Source: Chlorokybus atmophyticus
Taxonomy: Eukaryota > Plantae > Mesostigma and Chlorokybus algae
Reading direction: 5' to 3'
NCBI GenBank assembly: GCA_009103225.1
Contig: RHPI01003491.1
Location: 403,292-467,291 of the forward strand
DNA length: 64,000 nucleotides
In this document: positions 35,601-46,895 of the stretch, piece by piece
How the letters are laid out: each line of letters starts with the position of its first letter
Position numbering within the stretch: position 1 is the first letter of the stretch
Notes under the pieces: generated by a model
What the model was told of the DNA's origin: nothing
Databases searched by the model: none
What the model saw: only the letters and a program-made list of their open reading frames with translations
Translations under genes and position numbers: made by a program

Positions 35601-38335
35601 CGGGCTGCGACAGGCACCGCGTATGTGGCACATCAAGCTCACCAAGGAGCTGGAGGCACTTGGCTTCACCGCATCCTCTGCAGACCCTGGGCTCTTCATC
35701 CATGCAGACAACAAGGTCTGGCTGCTCGTGTATGTTGATGATATCATCATCACCGCCAGGCAGGTGCACCACCTGCAGGAGACGAAACTTGCTCTACAGC
35801 AAGCATTCTCAGTTCGTGATCTTGGAGAGGCCAAGTGGTTCCTTGGCATGGTGATTGAGCGCGACAGGGCGGCTCGCACAATCAAGATCAGTCAGGAGCA
35901 GATGGTGAGAAGACTCGTCACCAAGTTTGGGCTCACTGAAGCGAAGACCAAGACCACACCGTTGGCACTTGGCACTGCCCTCATCAAGGCAAAGGATGAG
36001 GAGGTACTCGACAAGGCTCAGTATCCATATGGTGAGCTGGTAGGCAGCATGCTCTATCTGGCAGTGTGCACACGTCCCGATGTTGCACATGCTGTGGGAG
36101 TACTTGCTCGCTACATGTCTGCACCGAGCATGGAGCACTGGAGAGCAGCAAAGGGAGTACTACGCTATGTTGCTGGGAGCGCAACAGTTGGCATCAAGTT
36201 TGGGAGCGGGAGCACTGAGTTGGAGGGCTACTGCGACTCGGACTTTGCTGGTGACCTCAACAGCAGGAGGTCCACTACAGGCTACGTCTTCAAGCTGAAC
36301 GGAGGCGTGGTGAGCTGGAACAGCAGGCTGCAGCCAACAACAGCAGCATCTACATCAGAGGCTGAGTACATGGCAGCGGCAGCAGCAGTGAAGGAGGCAC
36401 TCTGGCTTCGCAAGCTCATGGCAGACTTGGAGCACCCCATGGCGTGCATCGTCATCAACTGTGACAACCAAGGAGCCATCAAGTTGTTGAAGCACCCTAT
36501 CGCCTCGGCAAGGACGAAGCACATTGATGTCATGCATCACTTTGTGCGTGACAGAGTCACAAGAAAGGAGGTGGAGTTCCAGTACTGCAACACTGAGGGC
36601 ATGCTAGCGGACTTCATGACAAAGCCATTGTCACCACTCAAGTTCAAGACTTGTTGTGCAGGACTTGGCATCTGTGTTTGACTACAGGAGCAAGCGTTGG
36701 AGGTCAAGCTGCTCGCGTGGGAGTGTTGAGAGTATTCCTACATACGATCAGCATCGACCCTCCACACAGGAGTAGAAGGTCGTAAGGACGAGCACTAGGT
36801 CCGGACTTAGCAAGATGGCATCGTCGGACCAGACTCCGGACTCCAGACTGGAGCCTTACTAACTGCTTTGTATCTCCGCGTATACTTACTCATATTAGGC
36901 GTGTAAGAGCTTGTTGGAAAGCTCTGGTTGTAAGAAAGACAACACAGCTTAGAGCGCGTTAAAAGGCTGAGTATAGCTTACGCAGTGCTTGCAAACGTAG
37001 ACGTGTGTGTAACTGGCTGGTATAAGAACCAGCGGACAACTTGGAATAGATGAATGTGATGTGACTTGTGTATGCTCTGGTGGCGGTAGCTCTGTCTCTG
37101 TGTGTCTATGCTTGCCTCAGCTACATGTGCATGCTAGTCCTTCAACATCCTTCAACAACTACAGGCCGTGCGGCGCTGCGGTTGGTGTCCAGCACTGCCT
37201 TCTCATACACCAAGCGCTTGTGGATGGCTTGTGCCGTCTCGAAGGCTTCTTTGAGGGTGTAGCCAAGGGGCCTGCTGTAGTTCAGAGTCAGGCGTGTCGA
37301 CTCGCTCAAAGCAGCATCCAACTCATTGACGTATATCACTGCAGCAGCCTCCTCACTGACAATCTTGTAGTCAGTGTCCTTCAGCAGACCTTCCAGTCTG
37401 GAGTACAAGCGGAGGAGATCCTCATTGGGCTTGCGTTGGAAGCGTCTCAGCTCCTCAACCTTGCTGGTGGTCTGAGGAGGGAAGGTGCGGCGCAGGGCAG
37501 CGTACAGGTCCTTGAGTGGAGAATCAGAGATAGCAGCACCTACGATGATGGCTGGTGCGCGCAGTGCTACTGACCCGAGGGTGAAACCGCTGCCTCCTGC
37601 ACGAGAGCCAGGTGTTGCTAGAGTTAGAGGAGTACCCCACTCTGCGGCTGCCGCTTGCTGTGCAGCTCTTTGTTCCTCAATGATGATGGCAGAACGGTCA
37701 AGGATGCGGACTCGACGTGTGGCCTCCTTGGACTCAACTTCTGCAGGGGTCAAGTTGACAAGTACCAACTCTGGTTCCTCCTCCTCTGCCTGCTTGAGAG
37801 CTGCAGCTATGGACAAGCCTGTTACTGCAACTGAAGTGGCAGGTGGAATGACACCTGCTGGACGGTGCAGGGATGCAGATGCTATGGTGCTGGCAAGCTC
37901 GCCATAGCCGTCTACTCGATGCAGTTCAGCAACGGACTTCCAGACATCGTGTGCTTCATGATCAAGATACTGAGCAGCAATGTGGAAAGAGATCTCATCT
38001 GACCAGTCTTTGTTCTTCAGAGCTTGCTGCCGCATCTTGGAGTGGAACTTGATGATGAACTCATCCAGCAAGGTGGTGCCGGCACGTCCGGAGAAGCGCA
38101 GGGATGTGGTTGAGCTGGAAGACTCCATCTCATTGTCGTTGCTGTCCGATGATAGTGGAGAAGCTTGATGACGAGGAGTAGAGTGGAGCGGGGTGAAGCT
38201 GGAGATGGAGCGCGAGCCTCTGCTGCTGCGGTCGATGCTCCCGTCACTGGTCCGCTCGTAGGTGAGGTTGGTGGTTGGGCTCCAACTGCTAAGGTCACCC
38301 TCGTCTATTCGGGAGAACGGGGTGGGCCTGCTCAT
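29421..38335 (-). CDS. Giant Gag ORF of the DNMT gypsy, split by copia copy 3 (reconstructed ~1,332 aa)
   Basis: Removing 32247-37157 and one ACTAC TSD rejoins RPVV-STTAEPPRR in frame with ORF 29421-32141. Capsid-like region (FSGRAGTTLLDEFI...FQRKPNEDL) and two CCHC knuckles (CHRCGRHGHYQKEC, CDHCHKTGHLESVC). Confidence 0.85.
31860..31990 (-). repeat. Coding tandem repeat (GYNSNNTG-type units) in gag
   Basis: ccagtgttgttgctgttg repeated, with a third variant unit; translates GYNSNNTGGHTGNHFSGYNSNNTGAHNSNNAGG. Confidence 0.8.
32247..37157 (+). mobile_element. Young Ty1/copia element, copy 3; gag frameshifted
   Basis: LTRs 32247-32670 and 36724-37147 (about 6 differences seen), TSD ACTAC (32242-32246 and 37158-37162), extra TCCTTCAACA at 37148-37157. 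A 4-bp deletion near 32943 and a TAG break gag; the downstream frame is open to 36681. Confidence 0.97.
32671..32684 (+). promoter_or_regulatory. Half-molecule initiator-tRNA-Met primer binding site (same motif in copies 1 and 2)
   Basis: GGTTATGGGCCCAC directly after the LTR; complementary to the tRNA-iMet anticodon arm, as established for Drosophila copia and Ty5 (hemivirus type). Confidence 0.9.
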
Positions 38336-39439
38336 ACAGCTGGTCTAGAGGTGAAAGGGTAGAGTGCTTGTGCTCTACCGTCTATCCTGATGCTCTTACC
38401 ACCCAACACACTAGTGCTTGTGCGCACTATGTGACGACAATAATAACGAATGCCCAGCGATGTATCCCTGGGTGCAGACTGCACTATTTGATGCAGATTG
38501 CAACACACTCACTTGTGCATAGAGGGTGACATTGTAAGTCAATAAGCCACTACGATAGGTAGTGATGTGGATACAGTTCTTTGCATGAGTGGATAGAATG
38601 ATACACTGTTAAGTGAGGTGAATGAGTGTGCAACACGTGGATACAACACCCTGACTGATGAGACAACACACCACCGCTAAGCTCACAGCAATGACAGGCA
38701 CAGCGCACAAGAGCATGCACTGTGTCTCATGCAGTAAGGGAATTCTTGGCAACCGGGACAGCGTGCTTCCAGTTCAAGTCGCTTTACAAGCTCTTTTGAA
38801 ACATAGTCTTTACTTCTTAGTACTCCTAGTACTCACAGTACTCACTTACAGTGTCACCAGCCAGTCTGGTGACGTGACTTCCTACTTATACATGTCAAAC
38901 TATGACTGTGCAGTGCCACGCGGGCACTAGGCCAACGGTCACATCGAGGCCTTATGCTATTTCGGAAATCCCTTAAGACTCGATATAGCACATGTGTTAT
39001 TAACAAACTTACAACTGATCAGCTACGCGCGGTCCCTACAGACAGGTCTATAAAGTAGCCCTAGCTACATGCTACATGAGAGGTACAGTAGCTAGCAGTA
39101 GGCTGAGGCTCGCGCGGTCTTCATGCTGGTAGCCCGGGCGTGGGGCTGGGTGTAGGCATGCTCGAGAAGGACTGGCATGCGAGGGTAGATGGCATGACAA
39201 TGTTCATGCGTGGCCTCGATATGGATCTTCTGAAGTTGGTGGCCATCAATCAGTCAACACGGGCACAGATTGGACAGCGGATGAGCTTTTCCAATTGATG
39301 ATCGTGGTGACGGCTGTAGATAGCATATCGAGGGGTGCGCAAACCGCATACACCATAAAACGTCCCGCCACTGACCCTGCCAGGCCACACTCGGACTTTA
39401 AGATTCCCAAGCGTGTACACCCTCAGGCTACTCCTGCTG

Positions 39440-41200
39440 GTCTCTCCAATGCGGCTTAGCCCAAGCTTACTTGCAAGTACTGCAAGAAGATGGGCCACGT
39501 CGAGGCCAAGTGCTATTCGAAGGAGAACGCACAAAAGGCCAAGCAGCAAAAGAACAGGAAATAGGAATGGTCCATGGTTGGTAACATAATCGAGCAGAAC
39601 GATAAAAACTCTGTACCCTTTATATAAAGTCTCCTTGCTTTGTGACGTCACACATGAACTGGTATGAGCACACTACCACTGTTAGCTAACACAGATGTTT
39701 TGTTTTTTTTGCAACGTACCATTTTTTAAGCTGATAATTGCTATCAAGCAATTATACGAGTTGCAAATACAACACGCTATCGGTGCATGTGTGTATCCCT
39801 TGATACCATTGCACGTGGTCACGATTGTAAAAAGGGGTAGAAGCTGTCATGCAACTCGCACGCAAAGATACAAGAACTTCACCATAACAGGTGATCTTTG
39901 TCAAGCCTGCTACTAATTACGGCACTCCGACAATAGCTATAGGTAATGGTCATTTGGTACCGCTCACATTGAGATTTAAGAGTCCACTTATGGGCATACC
40001 ATGTACAGCATTCATTGATACTGGTGCGAACCATAACGTTATGTGACATGCTTGGGTGAAATGTTATAACATACCGGTTATATCAGTCACGGCATATGCA
40101 CATGCTGCTAGTTCCACTTGTAATGCAATAGAAGAGTTATATGAGTTCATGAAGCGCATGAAATGCGCGCCCGTGAACTCAAGAACTCGTTAATGAGTTA
40201 TCAGACTCTTGTGCCCCAAGTGCCTTAGGCACTTGGGGGCACAAGCACTCACCAGATGTGAGTTGTGAGTCACAAGCTCCTTATCTAGTCGCTTGAAACC
40301 CTAGCGCGGCGGCGCCATCCTTGGCGAGGGTGGAGAGTGTGGTATACTTTGCAGGTGTACATGCTTCTCAAGCTTCAACCTCGGCATCGGCAGCAGTGGC
40401 GCCATCAACGAGTCGAGGACCGAAGCGCGCGACATTCGCACCTGACGTGAAGGAGTAGTTTTCGTAGTTGTAGCCTAGCGCCCTAGTGCAGACTTGTGTA
40501 TAGCTCAGCCTACATCTGTACACTTGTACATTTGTATCGTAATGCACTTGGGTGCTGGGCATAGCCACCGTGCTATCGACCCATGGCGACCCCCCAGCAT
40601 AAGCTGTGTGTCGCATATAACTCGTGTGTGAGTTAAAAGGGCGTTTTGTTTATAACGGCCATAAAACCCGACCAACCTTCATGGTATTAAATAGTGGTAT
40701 TCGCGGGGTGGGTGTTGTTTACAAGAACAATGGCACACTTAAGCAGGTTTGCAATTGGACTCTCGTGCCAATACATGCACCTTTCGTAAGGGTAAATGGA
40801 AGATGACTTTGACTGACTTTTCAGTTGAACATGTTGTTCGCAATAATGTTTTTTCCGCTCCTCTTTGCTAGGCACCTAAAATGTTGCATGCGCAAACGTG
40901 AAGAGGTGTATTTATTGCACTTACGACAGGTGGAAACACCTGCTGAACACGTTGTGAATGACCTTATAGTGCAATCACTTACGGAACAATATGCGGATAT
41001 ATTTCAGAATGAACTCGGACTTGCTACCTAATAGAAACATACACTATACCATTTATGAGAGGAAGGGTCAAAGTCACCGGCCTATATAGAGGCTAAGTCC
41101 ATCTATTTGGACACGCGGAAATAGGAATACAGCTCAAAAGTTGTTGAGTAAAGGTCTAATAACAAAGAGCATATGTTAAAGGTACTTTGCTAGGCGCCTT
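39440..41200 (+). mobile_element. Degenerate gypsy relic (gag knuckle, protease, RT start), interrupted by a solo DIRS unit
   Basis: CKYCKKMGHVEAKC and IDTGANHN motifs; colinear with 62,900-64,000. Confidence 0.8.
40139..40634 (+). mobile_element. Solo A-U-B unit of the split-direct-repeat DIRS family
   Basis: Matches A (52874-53078), U (58068-58299) and B (58300-58361); no ORFs; no TSD. Confidence 0.9.
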
Positions 41201-42860
41201 AGCTAAACTTCTACAATCATCTTCGCCTTGACAGACTTATGATCGACTGTCTTTATGGCAGGTTCAGTCCACTATGATCAACATTGACTTTGATCTTTAA
41301 GTTTAACTAGTGTGGACTTTTACCAGGGTTGACTAGTGTTAATTAGCATTCACTGGTGTACTATATCAGACACTGTATGTTGTGCAACGCAATAAGATCC
41401 ACTCTGCTCTACTTGTCAATGGCACACTGGTGCGTGTGCATCGTTGCTACTGTGCAATCTCAACAGGTTATGGGTCACACTAGCGCCAGCATAGCACACA
41501 CGAATTTGTGTAGCTTTGGGAAGCGCCGTCTTCATTGCGGACTTGTAAGGGAAGCATGGCGACCAGCTATGACAAGGTCAACATGGAGCCACTGGACCTC
41601 GACAACCATGGGATATGAAGCATCCGGATGCAGATGCTAGTCATGCATCAAGACCTATAATCGGTGGTGGATCTCAAAGAGAGCGCTCCCGACATGGCGG
41701 ACGCAGACCTCAAGAAGAAATCAAACCAGGCACTTGCTTTGTTAGGATTGAATGTTGTACATCATCACTTCGCGCTTGTTGCACATTGCAAGACTGCTAG
41801 AGAGTTGTGGCAAGAGTTTGCAGATGTATAAGGCTTAGAACAATGTTAAGAAGTTGCACTTAAAGAAATAGTTGAATGCGTTAAGAAAGATGTTGCTGAG
41901 CCTGTCCACAAGTTCATCTCGCGAGCTATGCAGCTGTGGGCTGACCTCCTCGCCATTGGCCATAAAGTGAAGGAGGTGGAGGTTGTTTGCGCTATTCTCG
42001 CCGGCCTAGCCAAGAAGTTCGAGATAACTGTCACCATTATGGAGTCATCATGTGAGGAGCTCACCCTTGAAGCTGTTACCCAACGCCTATTGCAAGTCGA
42101 GCAACGGGCATTCACTTCACGCCATGCTGTAGCCGAAGCTATGGCATTCGTTACACACTCCAACCCACGAGGCAACTACAACAATGGTGGAGGAGCAGCA
42201 GACAGAAACGCGCACTTGCCACTAGTATAACACGAAAAGGCATCTAAAGATGGACTGCAAACAGTTGAAGCGCGATTAGCAACAATGATAAAGTTTTGAT
42301 AGGCAGGCTATAGCACTTGTTGCAAGCAGCACTGCCATCGAGAGCGCTTGGTTGTTCAATTCTGCGTGCACACAACATATGACCCCACACAGACATGAGT
42401 TCCGGAATTATCATGCTCCAAGCAATGCTGCTGGTGTGAATGTGAGCTTTGGCAACAAGCTACACTCGAGAGCTGTGGGAGTAGGCACCGTCATCCTACT
42501 CATTGTGGTGGCGGGTACTACACATGAATTGGCCCTGAAGGAGGTAATCCATGTGCCGGGAGTAGCCTCCATCCTGTTCTCTGTTTGAAGAGCTACAAGT
42601 GCAGGCGCCGAGGTTGACTTCACTGCCAAGGGGGGTCGAGTCATATGAGTTCATGAAGCGCATGAAATGCGCGCCCATGAACTCAAGAACTCATTAATGA
42701 GTTATGAGACTCTTGTGCCTCGGGCACTAGGGGGCACAAGCACTCACTAGGCGTGAGTGTGAGCCACAAGCTCCTTATCTAGTCGCTTGAAACCCTAGCA
42801 CGGCGGCGCCATCCTTGGCGAGGGTGGCGAGTGTGGTGAGGGGGAAGGGGGACCTTCACC

Positions 42861-44381
42861 ATGGACAAGAGGTTGACGCGGGCGCAAGCAAGCGCCCAAG
42901 GGCAAGGCGAGGACGTGGGCAAGCCTCGGCGGCGGCGGCTCTCATGGCCTCCAACCGCTTGGCAAAGGCGAGAAGTCCGCGTCGCCAGACCTTGAGTGAG
43001 GAGGAGGAGAGGCGAGCGGAGAGTGAGGAGAAAAGAAAGCACCCCCCCGTGGTGGATGGGAAGGAGGTGAACAAGGATGGTGATGGTGATGGTGATGGTG
43101 ATGGTCATGGCGATGGTGATGATGAGGATGATCATGACGACGACGACCCGCCCGCGGTCACTTACAAGCGTAGAAAGAGGGCGGCAAGCCCGGTTTCCAA
43201 TGCCTCTACCACACCCACGGAGGCCATGGCGAGGAGGTTGGAGGAGTTGGAAGCGGAAAACATCCGCCTCAAGCGTGGAAAAGCGCCCGCCATCCCTCTT
43301 GATGAGCCCATGGACGAGCCCAACCATCCACTACTTGTGAGCATCCTTCGCCGCGAGAGCGACTCCAACACTCCTAATGCTCGGGTGGCGGCGATGTGCA
43401 ACCGCTACACCGAGCCCGCGACCCCTTGGAAGGAGAACTTGAAGAAGCGGGCTCGGCAACATGTGGATGTGGCGGCTCACATCGGCGCGGCGGCGAGCTC
43501 CTTCGACCGTGTGCCCGCTCACTTTCTCAACAATCTTCACTTCGCTCATGGTCGCCGGGAGAACATGAAAGGTGGGCTCATTCTTTGCAGCGTCATGTGC
43601 ACGAGCGTCCATACAAACATCATCATGTGGGTGCGGACTTGGTCCAGGCCCACTTGCACATGCGTGCGCTATGGGCCTTAAAGGCGCTTCCCCTGGTCAA
43701 CATAGATGCACGAGATGCATTTGTTCCGCATTTCTTCTCCCCCCATGTCCGGCGGGGGGGGAGGGCCCGCACTTAACACCTTTGCATGCTCACCCCTGTA
43801 TTCACATTATGACTACCTCACAGCAAGGTAACAAGCACAACAGGGCACATCATATGCATCCGCATCCGCAGGGCATGTGGTAGGTACAGTTGAGGGTGGG
43901 ATGTGGGTGCGCTTGGCGCTGGACCTTATGGCTTTGAGCCAGTGTGCTGATGCAACTCGTGTTGCTTACATGTGCTTTGTGCGCAGCGTTTGAGGAGGTA
44001 TTCAAACAGTTTCACTACTTAGAAGTAGCCAACAAACACAACTGGAAAGTGGTGGAGGAGCTCGAGGGACATCCTCTGGCCGCGGATGACGCCGAGGCGA
44101 AGCGCCTTAAGAAGGCAATCAAGGAGGCGGCTGCGGCGCAGCCCAAGCCCAAGGCAAAGCCTGCCTACACTCCTAACAAGGGGCGGGGCCAGTACCCCCC
44201 TCGCTACTCTGGGTCCTACGCATCTGGTGCGGGGAACACCAGCTACAGGACCGCTCCCATGCAATCTCAGGCCGCTTCTACAGGGGGCCAGCGTGACACC
44301 CGCACCTGTTACAACTGTGGGGAGCCTGGGCACCTGCGTGCCTATTGCCGTAAGGCCTCCACTGACCGTGGGGGCCGGTAG
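42861..44381 (+). CDS. DIRS gag with a predicted spliceosomal intron (43572-43986)
   Basis: Probable ATG caccATGG at 42861, with a frameshift near 42920. Donor AAAG|gtgggc and acceptor gcgcag|CG join ENMK-AFEEVFKQFH in frame. Ends with CYNCGEPGHLRAYC and TAG. Confidence 0.8.
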
Positions 44382-44897
44382 AACAGCTTTGTAGCTGATG
44401 TGACAGCCCCGTAGCTGTACACTTGCACTCGTTGATGCTGTAGCCCGGTGGGGCATCTTTTTGTGTTCGCGATTGCTATATTAGTGAATGAAACTGCGAG
44501 CGTGGTGAATGAAAGTGGAAGTTTGGTGGTTTAAACTTGGCGAAATCACCATTTTGCTTGTAACTTTGTTTTGTGGTCTCAGAACACCCCTAACTGGGAG
44601 ACACTCTGGGATCATTACAATGAGGCGGAGAGGCTTAGATCAATCAAATCAGAATCGGTTTCTGACACTGTTTGCGCCTGTTATGGCTAATTGGTGATGC
44701 TAAGGGCTTTGGGCCCTTGAACGCCATTGAACATCAATGCTACTCGGTGGTTGCCTTTATGAGCACTAGAGCTTTGCAATGAGCCCGTCCTCATGGCATT
44801 TGGACAGTATATGCAATAGTTGTGGCGGTTTAGGTGTTGCAATGTGCACACGCAGGTATGCTAGGAGTGCATCCATAGTAACACCAGTTGTCTACAG

Positions 44898-46879
44898 GGG
44901 CGTACACTAGCACGGAAGCGGAACTTGTGCACGACTGGATGAAGCATCATGAGTTTGCGCGTGTGCCTGCAAACCTCACCGTTGAGGGACCTTACATGCG
45001 TCATCGATTGCGTAATGCTCTTCCTGCATGGCGCGCGTTCTGCGAGTCTACTATGGTCTTGTCTTGGGTGGAGTATGGCTACAAACTACCGTGGGCTCAA
45101 GACCCACCGCCAGAATGGGCGTTCACCAACCATAAGGGGGTACACGAGTTTGCGGACTTCACTGCAGCGGCCATTGCCAACTTGGTTCATAGTGGGGCTG
45201 CACAAGAGTGTGTCACGCCCCCCCTCGTGGTGAGCCCACTCAATGTGGTGGATGATGGGCGCAAGCTACGCCTCATTATGGACCTGCGCTATGTCAACTC
45301 CTACTTGGTGAACACGCCGTTCAAGTATGAAGATGTGCGCAGCATCCCAGACTTGCTGCAACCCGAGGACTGGTTGTTCTCCACGGACTTGAAGTCTGGA
45401 TACCACCATGTGGACATTCACCCCGCCTTTTGGGGCTATCTGGGGTTCTCATTTGCGGGCAAAGTGTACAACTTTTGCTCGCTGCCATTTAGGTTGAGCA
45501 CGGCGTGCTTTGTATTCACCAAAGTGATGAAGCAGTTGGTGAGGCGCTGGCGTGTGCAAGGCATCCGTGTATTGCCCTACATTGATGCCTTCCTCTTTGC
45601 TGCTCGTTCACGGGCAGCACATGCTTCCACCCTGGCTGTGGTGCAAGCAGACGCAGCGTGGTGCGGGTTAGTAATCAACACTAAGGCACAGACTGTGCTT
45701 AGCAGAGTCATCATCTTCCTCGGCTTTGTGTGGGATACACATGCTGGCACCATTTGTGTCCCTGGCAAGAAGCGGGATGGTTTGCTCAGAGACTTGCAGC
45801 GCGCCTTTCGAGATACGCGCCATGTGCCGGTGAAGTTGCTAGCCCGCATCTGTGGCAAGCTGCAATCCATGTTCCTAGTGTTGGGTCCTGCCGTCAAACT
45901 CATGACTTGGTATACACGCCGATTGATTGAGACCCGCCGCTCATGGAGCTCTCACTTGGTGCTTCGCCAATCAGAGATCAAGGGGTTGACGTGGCTGCGA
46001 GAACACTTTGAGGAGCTCAACACGGTACCCATTTGGCCTACAGTGCAGCCGGACATTGTGCAGTTTGTGGATGCTAGCGGCACCGGTTGGGGACTAGTGC
46101 GCCATGGCACAGCTACCCCGGTGGCGAGAGGCACATTCACACCCGACGAGTGCTTGACTTCATCGACATACCGCGAGCTGTTGGGACTCGAGCGTGCCCT
46201 GCTCACCGTGGAAGAGGAGCTACATGGACGCACAGTGCTATGCTATGGGGATGCCCGCAATGTGTATTACATTATGCGCAAAGGGGGCAGTGAGGCCGAG
46301 CACTTGCAGCAAGTGGCATGCCGTATCTTCTTGCATTGCCATCGGCATCGCATCCGCTTGCATGTTGAGTGGTTGCCACGTGAGTTGAATGAGGAGGCGG
46401 ATGCACTTTCCAAGGCACCAGACTCGAATGGTTGGACCCTGCAAACCCCATGGGTCCGCTTGCTTGCCTGCAAGTGGGGCCCATTTGATGTGGACCGCTT
46501 CGCCACGGATGCCAACACTCTGTGTCTGGCCTTCAACTCCGTGTTGCCTTGTCCGGGCTCATCCGGTAATGCTTTTCATTGCGATTGGAGTGGTTGCAAC
46601 AACTGGTGCCACCCCCCTCCGCACCGTGTTGGCATTGTCCTGCGTCATGCTCGCGAATGCAAGGCCCGCATGTGCCTCATTGTGCCCGAATGGACAACTC
46701 AGCCTTGGTGGCCCGTGCTTCGCCCGCGTGGCGTGTGGGCGCCTTTTGTCACAGACGTGGTGGCCTTACCCTATGGCCCGGCTTGCTTATGGCCAGGCCC
46801 ACAAGTCACTGAGCTGCAAGGGGGCCTTACCAACAGTCGCATGTGGGCTTTGCAAGTCGACTTTTGTCCTAGCCACTGA
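44898..46879 (+). CDS. DIRS RT - RNase H - adenine-methyltransferase-like (MT) ORF
   Basis: VVSPLNVV, DLRYVN, DLKSGYHH, LPF.LS.A, YIDA (YIDD mutated), FVDASGTGWG, RELLG, YGDARNV, NEEADALSK; MT region DVDRFATDAN...NAFHCDW...WCHPP...LIVPEWTTQPWW. Confidence 0.92.
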
Positions 46880-46895
46880 CATACAGTATGTGCAG

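Larger units (their letters stand above)
14531..39200 (-). mobile_element. Ty3/gypsy retrotransposon carrying a C5 DNA methyltransferase and a PHD finger; decayed, interrupted by three copia insertions, probably a composite of two copies across the gap
   Basis: Gag (38335-29421), protease DTG (~29360), DNMT motifs (28625-22840), RT YIDD (~22005), RNase H, integrase HHCC and DDE, PHD (14610-14745). Polypurine-like AGGGGGGGTGGCT followed by TGTTGA (14536) suggests the 3' LTR start. A matching 5' LTR was not found. Confidence 0.88.

Noticed and set aside
16797-36540. Many 60-126 aa antisense and alternate-frame ORFs repeated three times
   Set aside because: Shadows of the copia polyprotein; they recur only because the copies are nearly identical.
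23631-37157. The three copia copies as one assembly-duplicated sequence
   Set aside because: Different flanks and TSDs, opposite orientations and copy-specific substitutions and indels indicate separate insertions; only the right junction of copy 2 is unresolved.
39190-39258. Possible 5' LTR start of the DNMT gypsy (TGTTGACTG on minus, matching 14536)
   Set aside because: Only 9 bp plus patchy similarity; no extended LTR match or PBS found, so not called.
43572-43681. C-terminal GGLILCSVMCTSVHT... of ORF 42815-43681 as real Gag sequence
   Set aside because: It lies past the conserved donor, and the equivalent frame in copy 2 stops after five codons; better explained as intron read-through.
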